Of a stretch of DNA of 64,000 bases, positions 1-12,186 are shown piece after piece. The stretch spans positions 10,664,001-10,728,000 of the forward strand of contig JBHGNT010000002.1 of assembly GCA_043228905.1 (NCBI GenBank), read 5' to 3'. The notes below the pieces were generated by a model. That model was given only the letters and a program-made list of their open reading frames with translations. It was not told where the DNA came from and made no database searches. Made by a program: the position numbers and the translations under genes. This DNA comes from Azolla caroliniana (lineage: Eukaryota > Plantae > Polypodiophyta). The stretch's first letter is position 1. Each line of letters starts with the position of its first letter.

Positions 1-464
1 TTGCTTACCAACAGGTTTCCGGATTTGCTTACCCGCCGGTTCCGGTTTTGCTTGCCAGCCGATTCCGGTTCCGCTTGCTTGCCGGCCGGTTCCGGTTCCG
101 CTTGCTTGCCGGTTCCGCTTCCAATTTTGCTTATCGGCCGGTTTCCGGTTTTTGGGAACTAGGCCACCATCATCCATCAAGACAAAGTGGCCAAAGTGCT
201 CTTAGCACAAATGAAAAATGAGGGAGCTCAAGGTGCTTATATAGCTAGGGCCTTAAGTTTCCTATCTATGTGGGATAGTTCTAATTTCCCTATCTTCTCA
301 AACTTCATTTTCACATAACTTGATATGTATTTCTCCATTTTGTATATAGTAAAATACGTTTTGAAGCTCTTGAGTATATCCATATTTCTATAGTAAGCTA
401 CTAATCTAATCTATAATAATTATTTCATTATTTTCTTACATAGTGTGTGAAGATTCACACGACA
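1..464. mobile_element. Partial LTR, related to the tRNA-Trp-primed family, inserted into the gag-like ORF to its right
   Basis: Ends TAGTGTGTGAAGATTCACACGACA (464), resembling the LTR end TAGTGTACGAATTACACTACGACA at 2144. Degenerate CCGGTTCCGCTTGCTT repeats at 1-150. The other end lies outside the window. Confidence 0.55.
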
Positions 465-1270
465 CCGTCCCCCATTGTTTCACCCATAGCCACCTTCTCG
501 ACTATCTCTCTGTCGTATACATCGGCTTCGACCTTCGTTTTCTCTCCATGACCTTCCGTCTCTTCGATCTCACGTTGCCTTTCGAACGCAACCACCGGAG
601 TCTCTGGAATCAGTGGTGAGAAAGTTTCGATACGATCATATGCCATCGATTCGTCCATAGCCACCTCCGATTCGATGTCATCTTTCGTGGCGACCTCCTC
701 AATCAAGTCCTGCTTACACTCTTTATATCCATCAATTATGCTTACTTCTTTCTCATCCGATGTTTCGGACACTCGTATTCCGAAACCTTCTTCCGTTCTT
801 GAAGTGGTGTTCGCCACTCTCAAATCATCGACCTTATCCTTGGCCGTCATTCTTTCGCAAGACGAGAGGATGCCTTGTTCCACACCCTCTCCCGTGGTAC
901 CGTCAACTCATACTTCGGCCTTCATATCAGCCACATCGTTTATCCTTAATCGATCATCCCTCATAGGCCATGTTGTTGCCGACGATATTCTCATCTTCCT
1001 CTTATCATGTCTACCCGATTGAAGGAAATCACTTGCAATCCTTCCGGTATCCCACATCGCATCATCTCTGCCTTGTTGTCACGTAGATAGCATGACACAT
1101 CATTTCCGTTGAATTGCCCGTTTCGTTGCACAAGCCGCTCTACTACCGACTTCATCTCCGGCATCGCAGGTTGCTCTTGTTGCATCCGCTCAATCATCAT
1201 CATCATTATGCTCATCGCCTCTTGTTGATTCTCCATCTCCTTGCCACCCGCCTTCACGTCGGGTTCACCA
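465..1270 (-). mobile_element. Internal part (PBS + degenerate gag-like ORF with acidic region) of a tRNA-Trp-primed LTR retrotransposon
   Basis: 1253-1270 TTCACGTCGGGTTCACCA matches the 3' end of plant tRNA-Trp(CCA), i.e. a minus-strand PBS. ORF 991-1257 (VERLVQRNGQFNGNDVSCYL) is homologous to ORF 33588-33935 (VERVVDRVGRFNGDDVPRFL). Acidic ORF at 455-883. Confidence 0.7.
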
Positions 1271-1274
1271 CTTG

Positions 1275-2144
1275 TGTCGTGCCTTTCGGCTCTGGATCAT
1301 TGCGTGAGTCAGGTGGTAACCACTGAGGTTTTGGACTCGGAAGAGGAAGAATTTGAGACGAGTTTAGATATGAATATGAATCGATTATAAGAAAGAGAGA
1401 TTGAAACTTCGTGAATCCCACGAGTCTATTGTATTAGATTAAACAATATTTAGATAATAATATGAATTTAGATAGAAAGAAAAGAATATAGAAACCTCGT
1501 GAATCACACGAGTATAGTTTTCTTCGTGAATCCCACGAATATAATTTATTAATAGTGTTTTTTAGAAATATATCCAATTTCCAAATATTTCACACACCTA
1601 TTACATTGTGCTCCCCATCCTTATATAGTGATGAGAGAGTCTTAACAATCCATGTTTTTCTATAGATAGACTCTCTACTTTTTCTAAAATGATCCTACTT
1701 TTTCAAACTTGATGCGTTTTAATCGACTATGGTGTTCATGCACGCTACATGTGCATGCGTAGCTTTTTCTTTTATCATGCGTTTTCTTCTAAGTAAAGTT
1801 TATCCTAGCATGAAGTTACTTTTCTATGTGGGACATTTACTTTCTTAACACTAATGATATGTTAGTGTAATTGTAAGGCTTTACATTATAAACATGGAGA
1901 TGCAAGGTTTGAATCTTGCCCTATGCATGTAATATATATTTTTATACTTTCTTCTATTTACAAATATGTCTCTTCATCCGGTGAGAGACTCTCATCGGCC
2001 TTCTTCATCCGGTTCTCACCGGGTCTCCTTACCGGGTCCGGTCCTTCCCGGTTCCTCCTTCCAGTTCTCTCCGGGTACTCCATGTCCTATCCGGAGAGAC
2101 CAAAAATGCAAATTTTCACGTAGTGTACGAATTACACTACGACA
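1275..2144 (-). repeat. 5' LTR (~870 bp) of the Trp-primed element
   Basis: TGTCGT...ACGACA terminal inverted repeat; 4 nt from the PBS; interrupts the Tcn1-like gag at 2145. Confidence 0.7.
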
Positions 2145-3006
2145 ACGTTGATGCTGGTTGATCCCCTTGTCACAGTGTGTGAATCCTGTTGATTGTCGTT
2201 CTTACACTATCTGTGTCTCCGAAGCAAGCCTTAAACTCTTTGATAAATTCTTCAAAGTTGTTGAGTAGGGGTCAATTTGCTTCTAGCAATGGAGCAAACC
2301 ATGACAATGTTGTGCCAGTCAACAAAGTGCCCACTAACCTGACTCGAGATGAATCCGTCGGATAACGCGTGGGATGCATCTGAATTACCAACCGCACTTG
2401 ATTTATAAAACCCCGAAAATGTGCTCTCAACCCATCGAATTTAGCTGGGAGGCTGATTTTGGGCTCCTTAAGAACTCCTTGACCATCGACTTTTAGTTGT
2501 TGTAAAGCTACTATTGCCGACTCTAGTTGTTGAACCCTTCGTGTAAACTTGTCGTGTATTTATTGCTTATGTACTGAAACCTTCTGTACGTCTTCAAGCA
2601 ATCGTTGATTCTCCAGCTCTAGTGATGCAAACTTGCTTTTGAGATTTTCCATTTCTGCAACAAGGGCGAGGTATTCTTGTGGGTTGCCAACAGCCATGGG
2701 TACTTACTAGTGTTTGTGGAAGAGGCTAGACGAGAAGAAGGAATTCGAATCAAACTGTCAGAACCAAGAGAGAAGGTAAAGTGATAGAAGAAAGATATAA
2801 AGAGATCACAAGAAGAGGAATGAAATGATAAGAGAAGAATGAATGTATTAAAGTAGAATAAGAATGGATACAAGATAGGCGATGAGAGCTTAAGACTGGT
2901 GTTGATTCGAATTGGTTTGAGAAGAATTCTATGTCCATATTTATAGGTTCCTATAGAATAACCTAGTGATTTCTAGAATGTTCTAGAATGTTCTAGAACA
3001 TTTACA
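2145..3006 (-). mobile_element. Tcn1/Tf1-like (chromovirus-type) Ty3/gypsy fragment: 5' LTR 2756-3006 + degenerate gag
   Basis: Minus-strand translation KEPKISLPAKFDGLRAHFRGFINQVRLVIQMHPTRYPTDSSRVRLVGTLLTGTTLSWF...QGDQ is Retrotrans_gag-like. LTR reads TGTAAA...CTGACA on the minus strand, with a TATA box at 2938-2945. No tRNA-type PBS. Confidence 0.7.
2970..3000. promoter_or_regulatory. Heat-shock element array (six alternating nTTCn/nGAAn units) in LTR U3
   Basis: TTCTAGAATGTTCTAGAATGTTCTAGAACA, ~25 bp upstream of the LTR TATA box on the minus strand. Confidence 0.6.
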
Positions 3007-3050
3007 ATATCAGTCTATTACAAGAAGTAGCTTTTATTATTTCATATAAT

Positions 3051-3124
3051 CGTATGCTATCTTAATGGTTAGGTTCTTGATTATGTATTACAAGGTCTTG
3101 GGTTCAAGCCCAAGTGAAGCCACA
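3051..3124 (+). other. Degenerate tRNA-like sequence / tRNA-derived SINE head
   Basis: A-box-like TATCTTAATGG at 3058 and B-box-like GGTTCAAGCCC at ~3100, at tRNA-like spacing. No convincing cloverleaf. Confidence 0.45.
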
Positions 3125-4031
3125 TAATGTTCACGGATTCATGACAGTCAGCAAGGAAATCATATGGATGAAGGAGTTTATCGGTGAGCTGGGAATTCGG
3201 CAGGAGGAATTCCAACTCCATTGCGATAACTAAAGTGCCAGCCACCTTGCGAAAAATGCCGCCTACCACTCGAGGATCAAACACATCCAGAGAAGATATC
3301 ATTGGCTCCAAGAGCGAGTAGAAGAAAAGGAGTTTGCTCTAGTGAAGATCCACACGGTCGAAAATGGATCGGATATGTTGACGAAGGTGATGCCGAAAGA
3401 AAAGCTAAACGCGTGCCGATAGAGAGCTCGTTTGGTGAAGTACCCCATGCCGGAGTGAAGGGGGAGTTTGTTGGGAAACAGGTTCCCCTCCGAATGGGAA
3501 GAGAAGAACCGATTTGGTGTGTAACTCGGCCGAGGACGAAACCGAAATCGAGGACACAAGGGTAATTTGGCCGAGGCCGATAACGGAAATCGATTTGGAA
3601 GACTATAATTGTATATAGTCTAAAATGCCTCTTGCGGGCTATACTTGTAAATAGCCAAAAAGTTGCTTTTGTTTATAAGCAACTAGGGTAAACTTTAGTA
3701 AACTGTAGTTGATCATTATTGTAAAGTTAGAACGAGGTAGTTGCCTCTGTAACAGTGTGTCAGAGAGTGAGAGTGTAAGTCTGTAACCGTCTATCAGACG
3801 AAGGAGAACTCGAGGTCATTGCCTCCGAGTTCTATATTTGTACTTCCTCTCTACTATAGTGATCTATTCTTGTCAGGGTTTGTGGACCCCCGTGGTTTTT
3901 TTCCATTTCAGTTTTTCCACGTAAAATATCTGTGTCTCTGTGTCTTCACGTTTTTTTGTCTCTATCCTAGTTCTTGGTTTCTGCACACGAATATGAATGT
4001 GAAACCGGTTGTGGACGATCGATTCCTAACA
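3125..4031 (+). mobile_element. 3' end of a Ty1/copia (Tnt1/Tork-like) element: RNase H tail, PPT, 3' LTR 3469-4031
   Basis: Translation EEFQLHCDN*SASHLAKNAAYHSRIKHIQRRY..ENGSDMLTK; PPT GTGAAGGGGGAG at ~3455; LTR TGTTGGGAA...TTCCTAACA. Confidence 0.8.
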
Positions 4032-4546
4032 ATATACAATAATGAGATCAGAGTACAATACTCTACACAAAGTGTAAACAGCCTCACACACTCCCACTCT
4101 TGGCGTATGCTGTTTCTAAAGCATAGCTATGGCGCCGCTCACTCACTCCCACTCCCACACCCTCTCTACTCTTGTCTTCTCTCTCGCGCTATGCTACAAA
4201 GGCTCACACACACATATCTATGTTTTGTTTGCCCTACGTGTATTTATATTAATCCACAGAATGGGTTATTTACAATCATGGCCATTATTATTATCCAATA
4301 ATAATAATATAGTTTTACTAATCAACCGACTCGTTCAACAACTGTCGGGTCGGTCCGACTAGTCGGCCAAGTCATCAACCATCCGGTTGGCCTGACTAGC
4401 CAGTCGCGTCTTCGACCTAGATCAACTCTCTCTAAGTCGACTCCTCAACCGTTGGCTCTGATCCGATCACTTGGTTGCACCCTGTCTTCGACTTTCAGCT
4501 CTCTCCGAGCAGTCGGCTCCTCCCACTGGAGGGACATATCCCTAAC
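4032..4546 (-). repeat. Partial copia LTR homologous to the LTR at ~40752-41684
   Basis: Shares ATGAGATCAGA..ACAATACTCT..ACACAAAG, GCTATGGCGCCGCTC and terminal GAGGGACATAT(C/T)CCTAACA with 41232-41684. Confidence 0.65.
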
Positions 4547-4999
4547 ATTTATTCTTTCTCCCTCAGTGAATAGACATGTTAGGGCTTGGAGTGAACACTA
4601 TGCATACTGATTCATAGGGTATACATAGGAATGGGTGTGTTTGCACTGGTGAGGTATGTAGCTCAAATGGGAAGGAGAAATAGATGTAAAGTGAGAAACA
4701 TGACATATGCATCGGTTTTTGAGTTATGGAGGTCTTCTGTTTGTGAAAATCAACCATCATCTGAGTGGCATAGCCTTCCATATCTTCTAAGAACATGTAA
4801 GGTTTGCCCACAACCATTATTTTGTACACTTGAGCTTGATGTGGAAAATAGTCAGATGGTGAAATGTAAATATTTAGAGTATGTAACAGAAAATTTAGGG
4901 AAGGCACTCGTGTGGAAGCATATCAAGGAAGTATATGAGGAGACATGTGTTGCTACCCTTGTCTCAATTTTTATTTTTATTTTAAACATATCTTTCCAT

Positions 5000-6350
5000 T
5001 AGTTTAAAAAAACCATATCCACTACAAAATACAAAATGATGGAAAGGAGATGATTATCCTTCCCCAACCCGTATTGTGTAAGACAATAGGTAGCCATGAA
5101 TCCTTCTTTTGATAGACTTGATTGAACACTTCCTCAATAATTGAAACATACCATGAATTTGCGTATGTTCAAACCAAATCAATCGTCCTCATCATGTTCA
5201 TATTCAACATCTCCCGATACCACCTTTGGGTCATCACATGCATCCAATATACCCCCAGATTTACAATGACCAAGCATCCTCTATTTTCCATATTCAACGT
5301 AAAACTCAGTCAAAGCATTATGGTATAAAGGTCATTTTGTATGCTTCGATCCACGATTCCAGCATGTATGAACATGCCGTCATGTACAACCATGTGATCA
5401 ACACCCACTTTAAGGGATCTCAGCCCTTCGAATAGTTTATATGCATCTAATAACCTTCCACATGTTGCCTGCACATCAACAATGCTTCATGACACCATCC
5501 ATGACATAAAAAGAAATGGACTTCTTCCGAATGCATACATAAGAGCATCCCTGTCCACCCATTTCAATGACTCCATCCATCTCATAAGAAGAAATGGGAT
5601 TCTACATACATATCATTTAGCATTTTAATGATTACAAGATCATGTTCCAAATCCCGTTTTCAGATTTCACTTCTTATCCTTTTCCTACTGCTCAAAGGGC
5701 AGAATTCCAGATACGCCATGATGCCATAATTTCTTTTGATATCACCAAACCAAAAAATTAATCTCTAATGAGATTGCACAAAATCTCAATTATTTCTTTC
5801 TTTTCAACTACTCATAGACTGCCATTGACATACATAACTCCTAAGACAATACCAATAACAGTGAACATATCCCCATGTCTCATATCGGTGGAGGAAATAC
5901 CCAAAGAGGTGGTTGATACCTCCAACGTATACAAGAATTAACCATGTAAAATACATTCATCCTTTCCCATGTCTTCTTAAAAACCTCTTTCTTTCGAAGG
6001 ACTACATCTTAATCACCCTAGATAGCGTCATACTCTCCTTTTAGTGTATGCACCAAGGTCAACCAAATCTCCTTGACTACATCCACAACATTCCATTGAA
6101 TTTGCTGAAATATCCTTCGACATCTACTAGTCCACAAAACCCACAATGTGATGGAACTAATAGTCTCCCAAACCACCCCATTTTGTATTGAATTACTATG
6201 CATACACAGTAACACTTCCTCAACATCTCGACCTCTTGTATGTAATGCAAAGGTAACCTTTTCTTGTTCATAATCTTGTACCTTACCTTAATAGCAACCC
6301 ACATCACTGCACCCCGTTTATATACTCTAGAGCCATATACTTCATGCAAT
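5000..6350 (-). mobile_element. Highly decayed non-LTR (LINE-like) ORF2 3' remnant
   Basis: VWETISSITLWVLWTSRCRRIFQ (6018-6215) fits the W..W..R...IF motif of plant L1 ORF2 C-termini. Boundaries are approximate. Confidence 0.4.
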
Positions 6351-6359
6351 AAAGGTAAT

Positions 6360-9300
6360 TGTTACCCGGTCGGCAAAGACCAGGGTGTGAAAAGGGGAAT
6401 TGTTATTTGGGAATCTGTTGAAATTACTAGTCTTAGTATATAGATTAATATATGAGAAGATGTGGACGGACGGACCGGAATCGGTATGCAGATCCGGATC
6501 CGGACCAATCCCGAATAGGTGCCGGTTGGCACCATTTTGTACTTCGCACCGGTGACCTATATAAAGGCTCGGTTACAATGTAGTCATTAATGGAGAGTAA
6601 TATAAATCTTTTGTTTAATCATTGAGTATTGTTCACCGTTCTATGCTTATTGTATATCTTACATGTGTTAATGACGTATTGTTAAGTAACCGATTAAGGT
6701 CCAATTAAGCGTTGTGTCGTAAGTTATCTCGCCGTAACACCCTTTGGTGAAGTGTATTAAGTGGACACCCTATGTTAGGCTGTTGTCTGGCCCTAAGGAT
6801 TAACACAGTTTTTGGCGACCACGATTCCTGCATAATCGCAGTGAACAACGGCGGGAATGGATGACTAGGCCAACAGACAACCCGGTTATGGAGAGAGCAC
6901 GAAGACTTGCTGAATGACGAAGGCGGTGAGAGGCTTTCTAGCAAGCGGCGGAAGAAATCCAATCGGATCGATCATTTTCCAAAGTGATCCAGAAAGTGGT
7001 AGAGGAGTCGCTCCGTCTGCAACAAAATGCCTACCCGGACGAAGGAAGCAGCTTAACCAGTCTCCGGGAAGCGGAATCCCTTCTCTAGGCCTTGGCGGGA
7101 AGAGACGACAAATCCGAAGCATTTTCGGCGCTGGAATCGAATTTGGAAGGGGGTTACAGCGCGCACACAAACTATCGCAGCAATAACGACACCCCAGGAG
7201 GACTGGAGGACGAGGAGTCAGATACATTACCGACACCGGAACCAAAATTGTCAAACTAGGAACCTCCGGCACTAGACGTGGAGCAACCTCCGGAGACGGA
7301 AGAGGACAAAGAAAGACCTCTGACACCGGAAGTCGAGTCGGCAACACTGAAGGAGGATCAGCAAAGACCTCCGACTCCGACAAAGGACCAGCAACAACCT
7401 CCGACGCCGACGGAAGAGCAGGAAAGACCACCGACACCGCTAGCCCACGCACCGACACCAGACGACGACATGCCGTTCCAGTACCTCAAGTATAGGGATG
7501 ACCCGAACGCAGAGGCTCATGTTCACGCTTTTCAACAAACATGGGAGGCGAACCATGTGTCACAACGGTTAACCGCAACCGAAGAGGAACGATCTAAGAT
7601 AGCCGAATTCGGCGTAACATTGGAAGGACCGGCCGCCAGATGGCACCGGACGCAGGACCCCAGTACCATCACCACCTTTGCAGACCTGAAAGCTAAATTC
7701 TTGCACTTCTTTCAGAAGGAGGTGGACCAGAGAGAAATGGTGGGCCTATTTTATACCATCCGGCAGGACCCTAAGGAGAGCATTTCGTAGTTTGTCATCC
7801 GGTTTCAACGGATGCACAGTCAGCTTACCCGAACACCTCCGGAGGAAGAAACACGGGTTATATTCTTAGCCGCACTCCGGGAACCTCTACGTACGGTATG
7901 CACGGTCGTCGACTTTCGCACAAGTACCGTCGACCAGGTCATCGACCAGGTTAGAGAAATGGAGAAAACAAGCTTGTGGCTAACAATGGGAGCACTCCAA
8001 CGAGCGTTACCAACCGATGAGGATCTCCGGTTTTGACAGGCCATTCAATGCACAACATGCCTAAATGCCGGACACTCAGTACTAGAATGTACCATGCGGT
8101 CGCAATGTCTACTGTGCCATTCCAGGAACCACACAATGGAGCAGTGCGAGTAAAATTTGTTGAATCGCCAAGCACCACCGGTTCGGCAAATCGAGCCACG
8201 AAGTACCAAGGAGGAGGAAGAAGAACGTTGGAGGCGAGAAGAGCGATACCGACCGGCACAAGATGTCCGGTACAGGGACAACTATGACCGGTATGATAGA
8301 TATGATCGGTACCAAGATTATAATGGACAGTATGAAAGATACAATCGGGACCAATCCCTCGGTTACAACCAACGACGGGAAGCCTACGGGAGACATGATG
8401 ACCAGTCCTGTCAAGAGTATCGAAACAAAAAGAAATGCCATTTCAAGAAAAGGGGTTACCTACGGGAACCGGAGAAGGGCACCTCAAGCAGCCAACTGGA
8501 TCAAAGCCCCGTTGTTACCACAGGTTCTCCACCGGGGGCAGGAAACAACGCCGAATCCAGCACTACCCGGAAAGCATATTGCTACTATTGCCGACAAGAA
8601 GGACATTATAGTAATCAATGCCCGGCAAAGAGCTATGATAAACGACCAGTGGTGAACATGGTAGTCGCCGAAGTCACAGACCTGCAGCTCGTAACCACAA
8701 GATCAAAGGGTAAGGCGACGGGATGGGAGGCGCAAGAGGCCATCCGCAAGCAGACAACGGAATGGGTAGAAAAGGCGAATGCGCGAAACATGGCAGAGCT
8801 TGCGCAGCAAAAGCAAAATATCGAAGAGCTTGTCGGCGGCAGTTAGCCTGAAAATGCGACATGGCAGGCATTGCAGGAATGCCAAATCATGATGCCATTA
8901 GGATGGCTCCTGCAGCTAGTGCCCAGATTCACAGAAGGACTCAAGACAGGCATGACGGCAGGAGAAACACCACCGGCTCCAACATTCTTCTCAAATCCGG
9001 AGGAGGGACCGGCGGTAGTAGACACAAACAATCTGGCAATCACAACCATCGTCAAGGGAAAGGAGTTACCTGGAATAGTAATAGATGGAGGATCCGTCGT
9101 CAATGTGATTAGCCTCCGAACATGCAAAATCTTGGGAATCCAAGAGTGGGAACCATGCCCGTTCTGGTTGCGGATGGCGGATACAAGCTCAGTGCGACCG
9201 ACCGGCTTGATACGAGATTTGGAAGTAACTATCGGCGGCCACACATTTCGCATTTCGGCAGTAGTGCTACAACTACAGGCACAAGGAGCTTACCCACTAT

Positions 9301-12186
9301 TGTTGGGGCGACCGTGGTTGAAAACGGTGCACATTAAACAAAACTGGAGGAATAATATAATCACCTTCCGGTGGGGCAAAGCAAAAGTACGGGTACCGAC
9401 ACAACCACGGACGGGTACTGGGAAGGAATTGACACCCCTATATGCTGAATGCGTCAATATGTTGGACGGATTAGCAGACGAAGAGGTAGATCAATACTTG
9501 CAGGATAATCCGAAGATTGTACCTCTGTTCGAAATAGACATAGCTGAAGCCGTATCACCATACATCCTGCCACCGGACGGAGCTGACGAGGAACCAAATA
9601 AAGAAGTGATCCGGGAGCTACAGCAAGCACAGGAGGCGCAGGAAAGAGAAATGGCCGTATCGCAACGGGTTAAAGCATCCCAACTAGAGGAGGTAAATCT
9701 AGGAACTACAGAAGAGGCGAGACCGGTGCACATCGCCAAGGAAATGACTCCGGAGAACAAAACGGCGATGATTACACTTCTCAAAGAATATCGGGACGTG
9801 TTTGCCTAGTCTTACGAGGATATGCGAGGGCTCGATCCTCAGCTATATCAGCATCAGATACATTTGAGCAAAGACGCCGAACCGGTAGCACAACGGCGGT
9901 ACCGGATGAATCCAAATTACGCCGCCAAAGTCAAGGAGGAAATCAACAAGTTGCTGAGGGTTGGCTTTATCCGCCCAATAAAGAAATCTACATGGCTGAG
10001 CCCGATAGTAGTCGTACCAAAGAAAAACGGCAAAATTAGAGTTTGTGTCGACTACCGTAAGCTTAATGTGGCGACGGTAACAGATGCATTCCCACTCCCA
10101 TTTACGGATGGAGTTTTGGACGCAGTCGCCAGCCATGAGGTATACAGTTTCTTAGATGGATTCAGCGGATACAACCAGATCCGGATGCACCCCGATGACC
10201 AGGAGAAAACGGCTTTCGTCACCAAATGGGGAGTGTTTGTTGCCGTAGTAATGATGTTCGGACTAAAAACGGCGCCGGCAACGTTCCAAAGGATCATCAT
10301 GGAAATATTCGAAGAATTCATACCGGCATTCATGCAGGTGTTTCTGGATGACTTCGTTGTCTATAGCCGGAAAGGAGATCACTTTCAGCACCTCCGACTG
10401 TGTCTAGAGAAATGTCGGGCTTACCGGCTAAGCTTGAATCCGGCAAAATGTGTATTCAGAGTGTCAAGCAGGGCGCTATTAGGACACATTGTGAGCAAGG
10501 AAGGAATTTTTGTGGACCTGGACAAAGTAAAAGCAATCTTGGAGGCACCGGCACCAACAACTGCCAAAGCATTAAGTCGTTTCTTAGGCCAAATCCGGTG
10601 GCATAGCCGAATGCTCCGGTATCTGGCGGACCTAGCTACACCACTGCATGTTGCGGTACACCGAACACCGTTCTAGTGGACGGACACCGAAGACAAGGCA
10701 TACCGGGCACTCAAAATACTATTGTCGTAAGCGTCGGTAGTGCAACCCCCGGATTGGGCTAAGGAGTCTCATGCGTTCGTGGATGCGTCTGACATTGCAA
10801 TCGAAAGTGCGCTGATGCAACTTACGGAGCCAACGTGGTACCGGCCCGTATATTACGCAAGCCGAAAGTTATCCCAAGCCGAACGAAATTATTCCACCAC
10901 GGAAAGGGAAGCTTTGGGCATGATCTACAGCGTGACAAAATTCAGACATTATTTGCTAGGAAGGAAATTTTCCTTCCACGTAGATCATTCGGCACTCCTC
11001 TATTTAGTTTCCAAAGCGTCACTAACCGGTAAGTTGGCACGGTGGACGTTGCTGTTACAGGAATTTGAGTTCGAAATATTCCACCGACCCGGCATACAAC
11101 ACGCAGTAGTAGACTATTTGAGCCAGTTAGATTCCGGCGAGACTGGTGACGGAGTCCCGGACGAGTTTCCGGATGCTGAGCTATTTAGAGTCACCGCGGA
11201 AACGGCAACAGATGATATGGTGGCACAAGAAGATAAGTGGCTAACGAATATGCAACAATTTCTGAGCACCGGATTGCCTCCGGAGGAGATGAACCAGGAC
11301 GAGAGGAAACGCATGGCGGTACAAAGCCGGCACTTCTGTTTATTACGAGACACGCTATACCACAAAGGCGTGGACGGTATATGGAGACAGGCGGTGCGCA
11401 GCGACGAAAAGGATATAATACTACGAGAAGCACACTGCGGAGTCGCCGGAGGCCATTACGCCGAAGATGCTACGACAAGGAAGATATGGTAGAGTGGCCT
11501 ATGGTGGCAGACAACATTGAAAGACACGGTCTGGTACGCTACAAAATGCGATCTATGTCAGCGAATGGGCCAGTCAACCGAACAAGCTAGGATGCCGCAC
11601 CAGCCAGTATTGCCGTTAGAACCATTTCAGAAATGGGGGCTGGATTTTGTGGGTCCATTCAAACCACCAGCAATGAGAACCGGCAACCGGTATGTGATCG
11701 TAGCTACGGATTACTACACGAAATGGGTAGAAGCCAAAGCCTTGCGCAACAACACCGCGACGTCGATGGCGAAATTCTTACATGAATATATCTGGTGCAG
11801 GTATGGATGCCCGATCGAGCTAATAAGTGACCAAGGAGGGCACTTCCTCGGCCAAGTGGTGGAAAGCTTGACGTCGTTCTATGTCGTGGTGCATAAACGG
11901 AGGACGCCATACTATCCGCAAGCAAACAGGTTAGCCGAGTCGACGAACAAAACGCTACAGAATATCCTTCAAAAAATCGTCAACGAAAACCGAACAGACT
12001 GGGATACGAAATTGCACAGTGCACTCTGGGCTTACCAGACAGCCTACAAAACAAGCATCCAAACCAAACCGTTCCGGTTAGCATTCGGATTGGAGGCCAT
12101 CATGCTGGTAGAGTTCCAGGTTCCGAGCTTACGGATTTAGATTAGGGAACGGTTAAACGAGAAGGAATCAGAGGCAATTCGGTTAC
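6360..12186 (+). mobile_element. Ty3/gypsy (non-chromovirus, Athila/Tat-like) element, 3'-truncated
   Basis: 5' LTR 6360-6805 (TGTTA...TAACA); PBS TGGCGACCAC at 6813 (tRNA-Arg-like). Gag 7278-8036; zinc knuckle CYYCRQEGHYSNQC; protease IDGGS; RT (CVDYRKLN, FLDD); RNase H (VDAS..YSTTERE); integrase (HC..GH..C..C, WGLDFVGP, SDQG). Several premature stops; breaks off inside the integrase C-terminus. Confidence 0.9.

Noticed and set aside
1-150. Short GC-rich repeats resembling a CRISPR-like array (also the 40-bp repeat at 25121)
   Set aside because: Degenerate tandem motifs without unique spacers, in eukaryotic transposon DNA.
1856-1925. tRNA-like A/B-box pattern inside the Trp-family LTR
   Set aside because: Both boxes are mismatched and no cloverleaf is evident; too weak to call.
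6886-7458. 190-aa antisense ORF over the gypsy gag, and many similar antisense ORFs
   Set aside because: Shadow frames of GC-rich or repetitive retroelement coding sequence.
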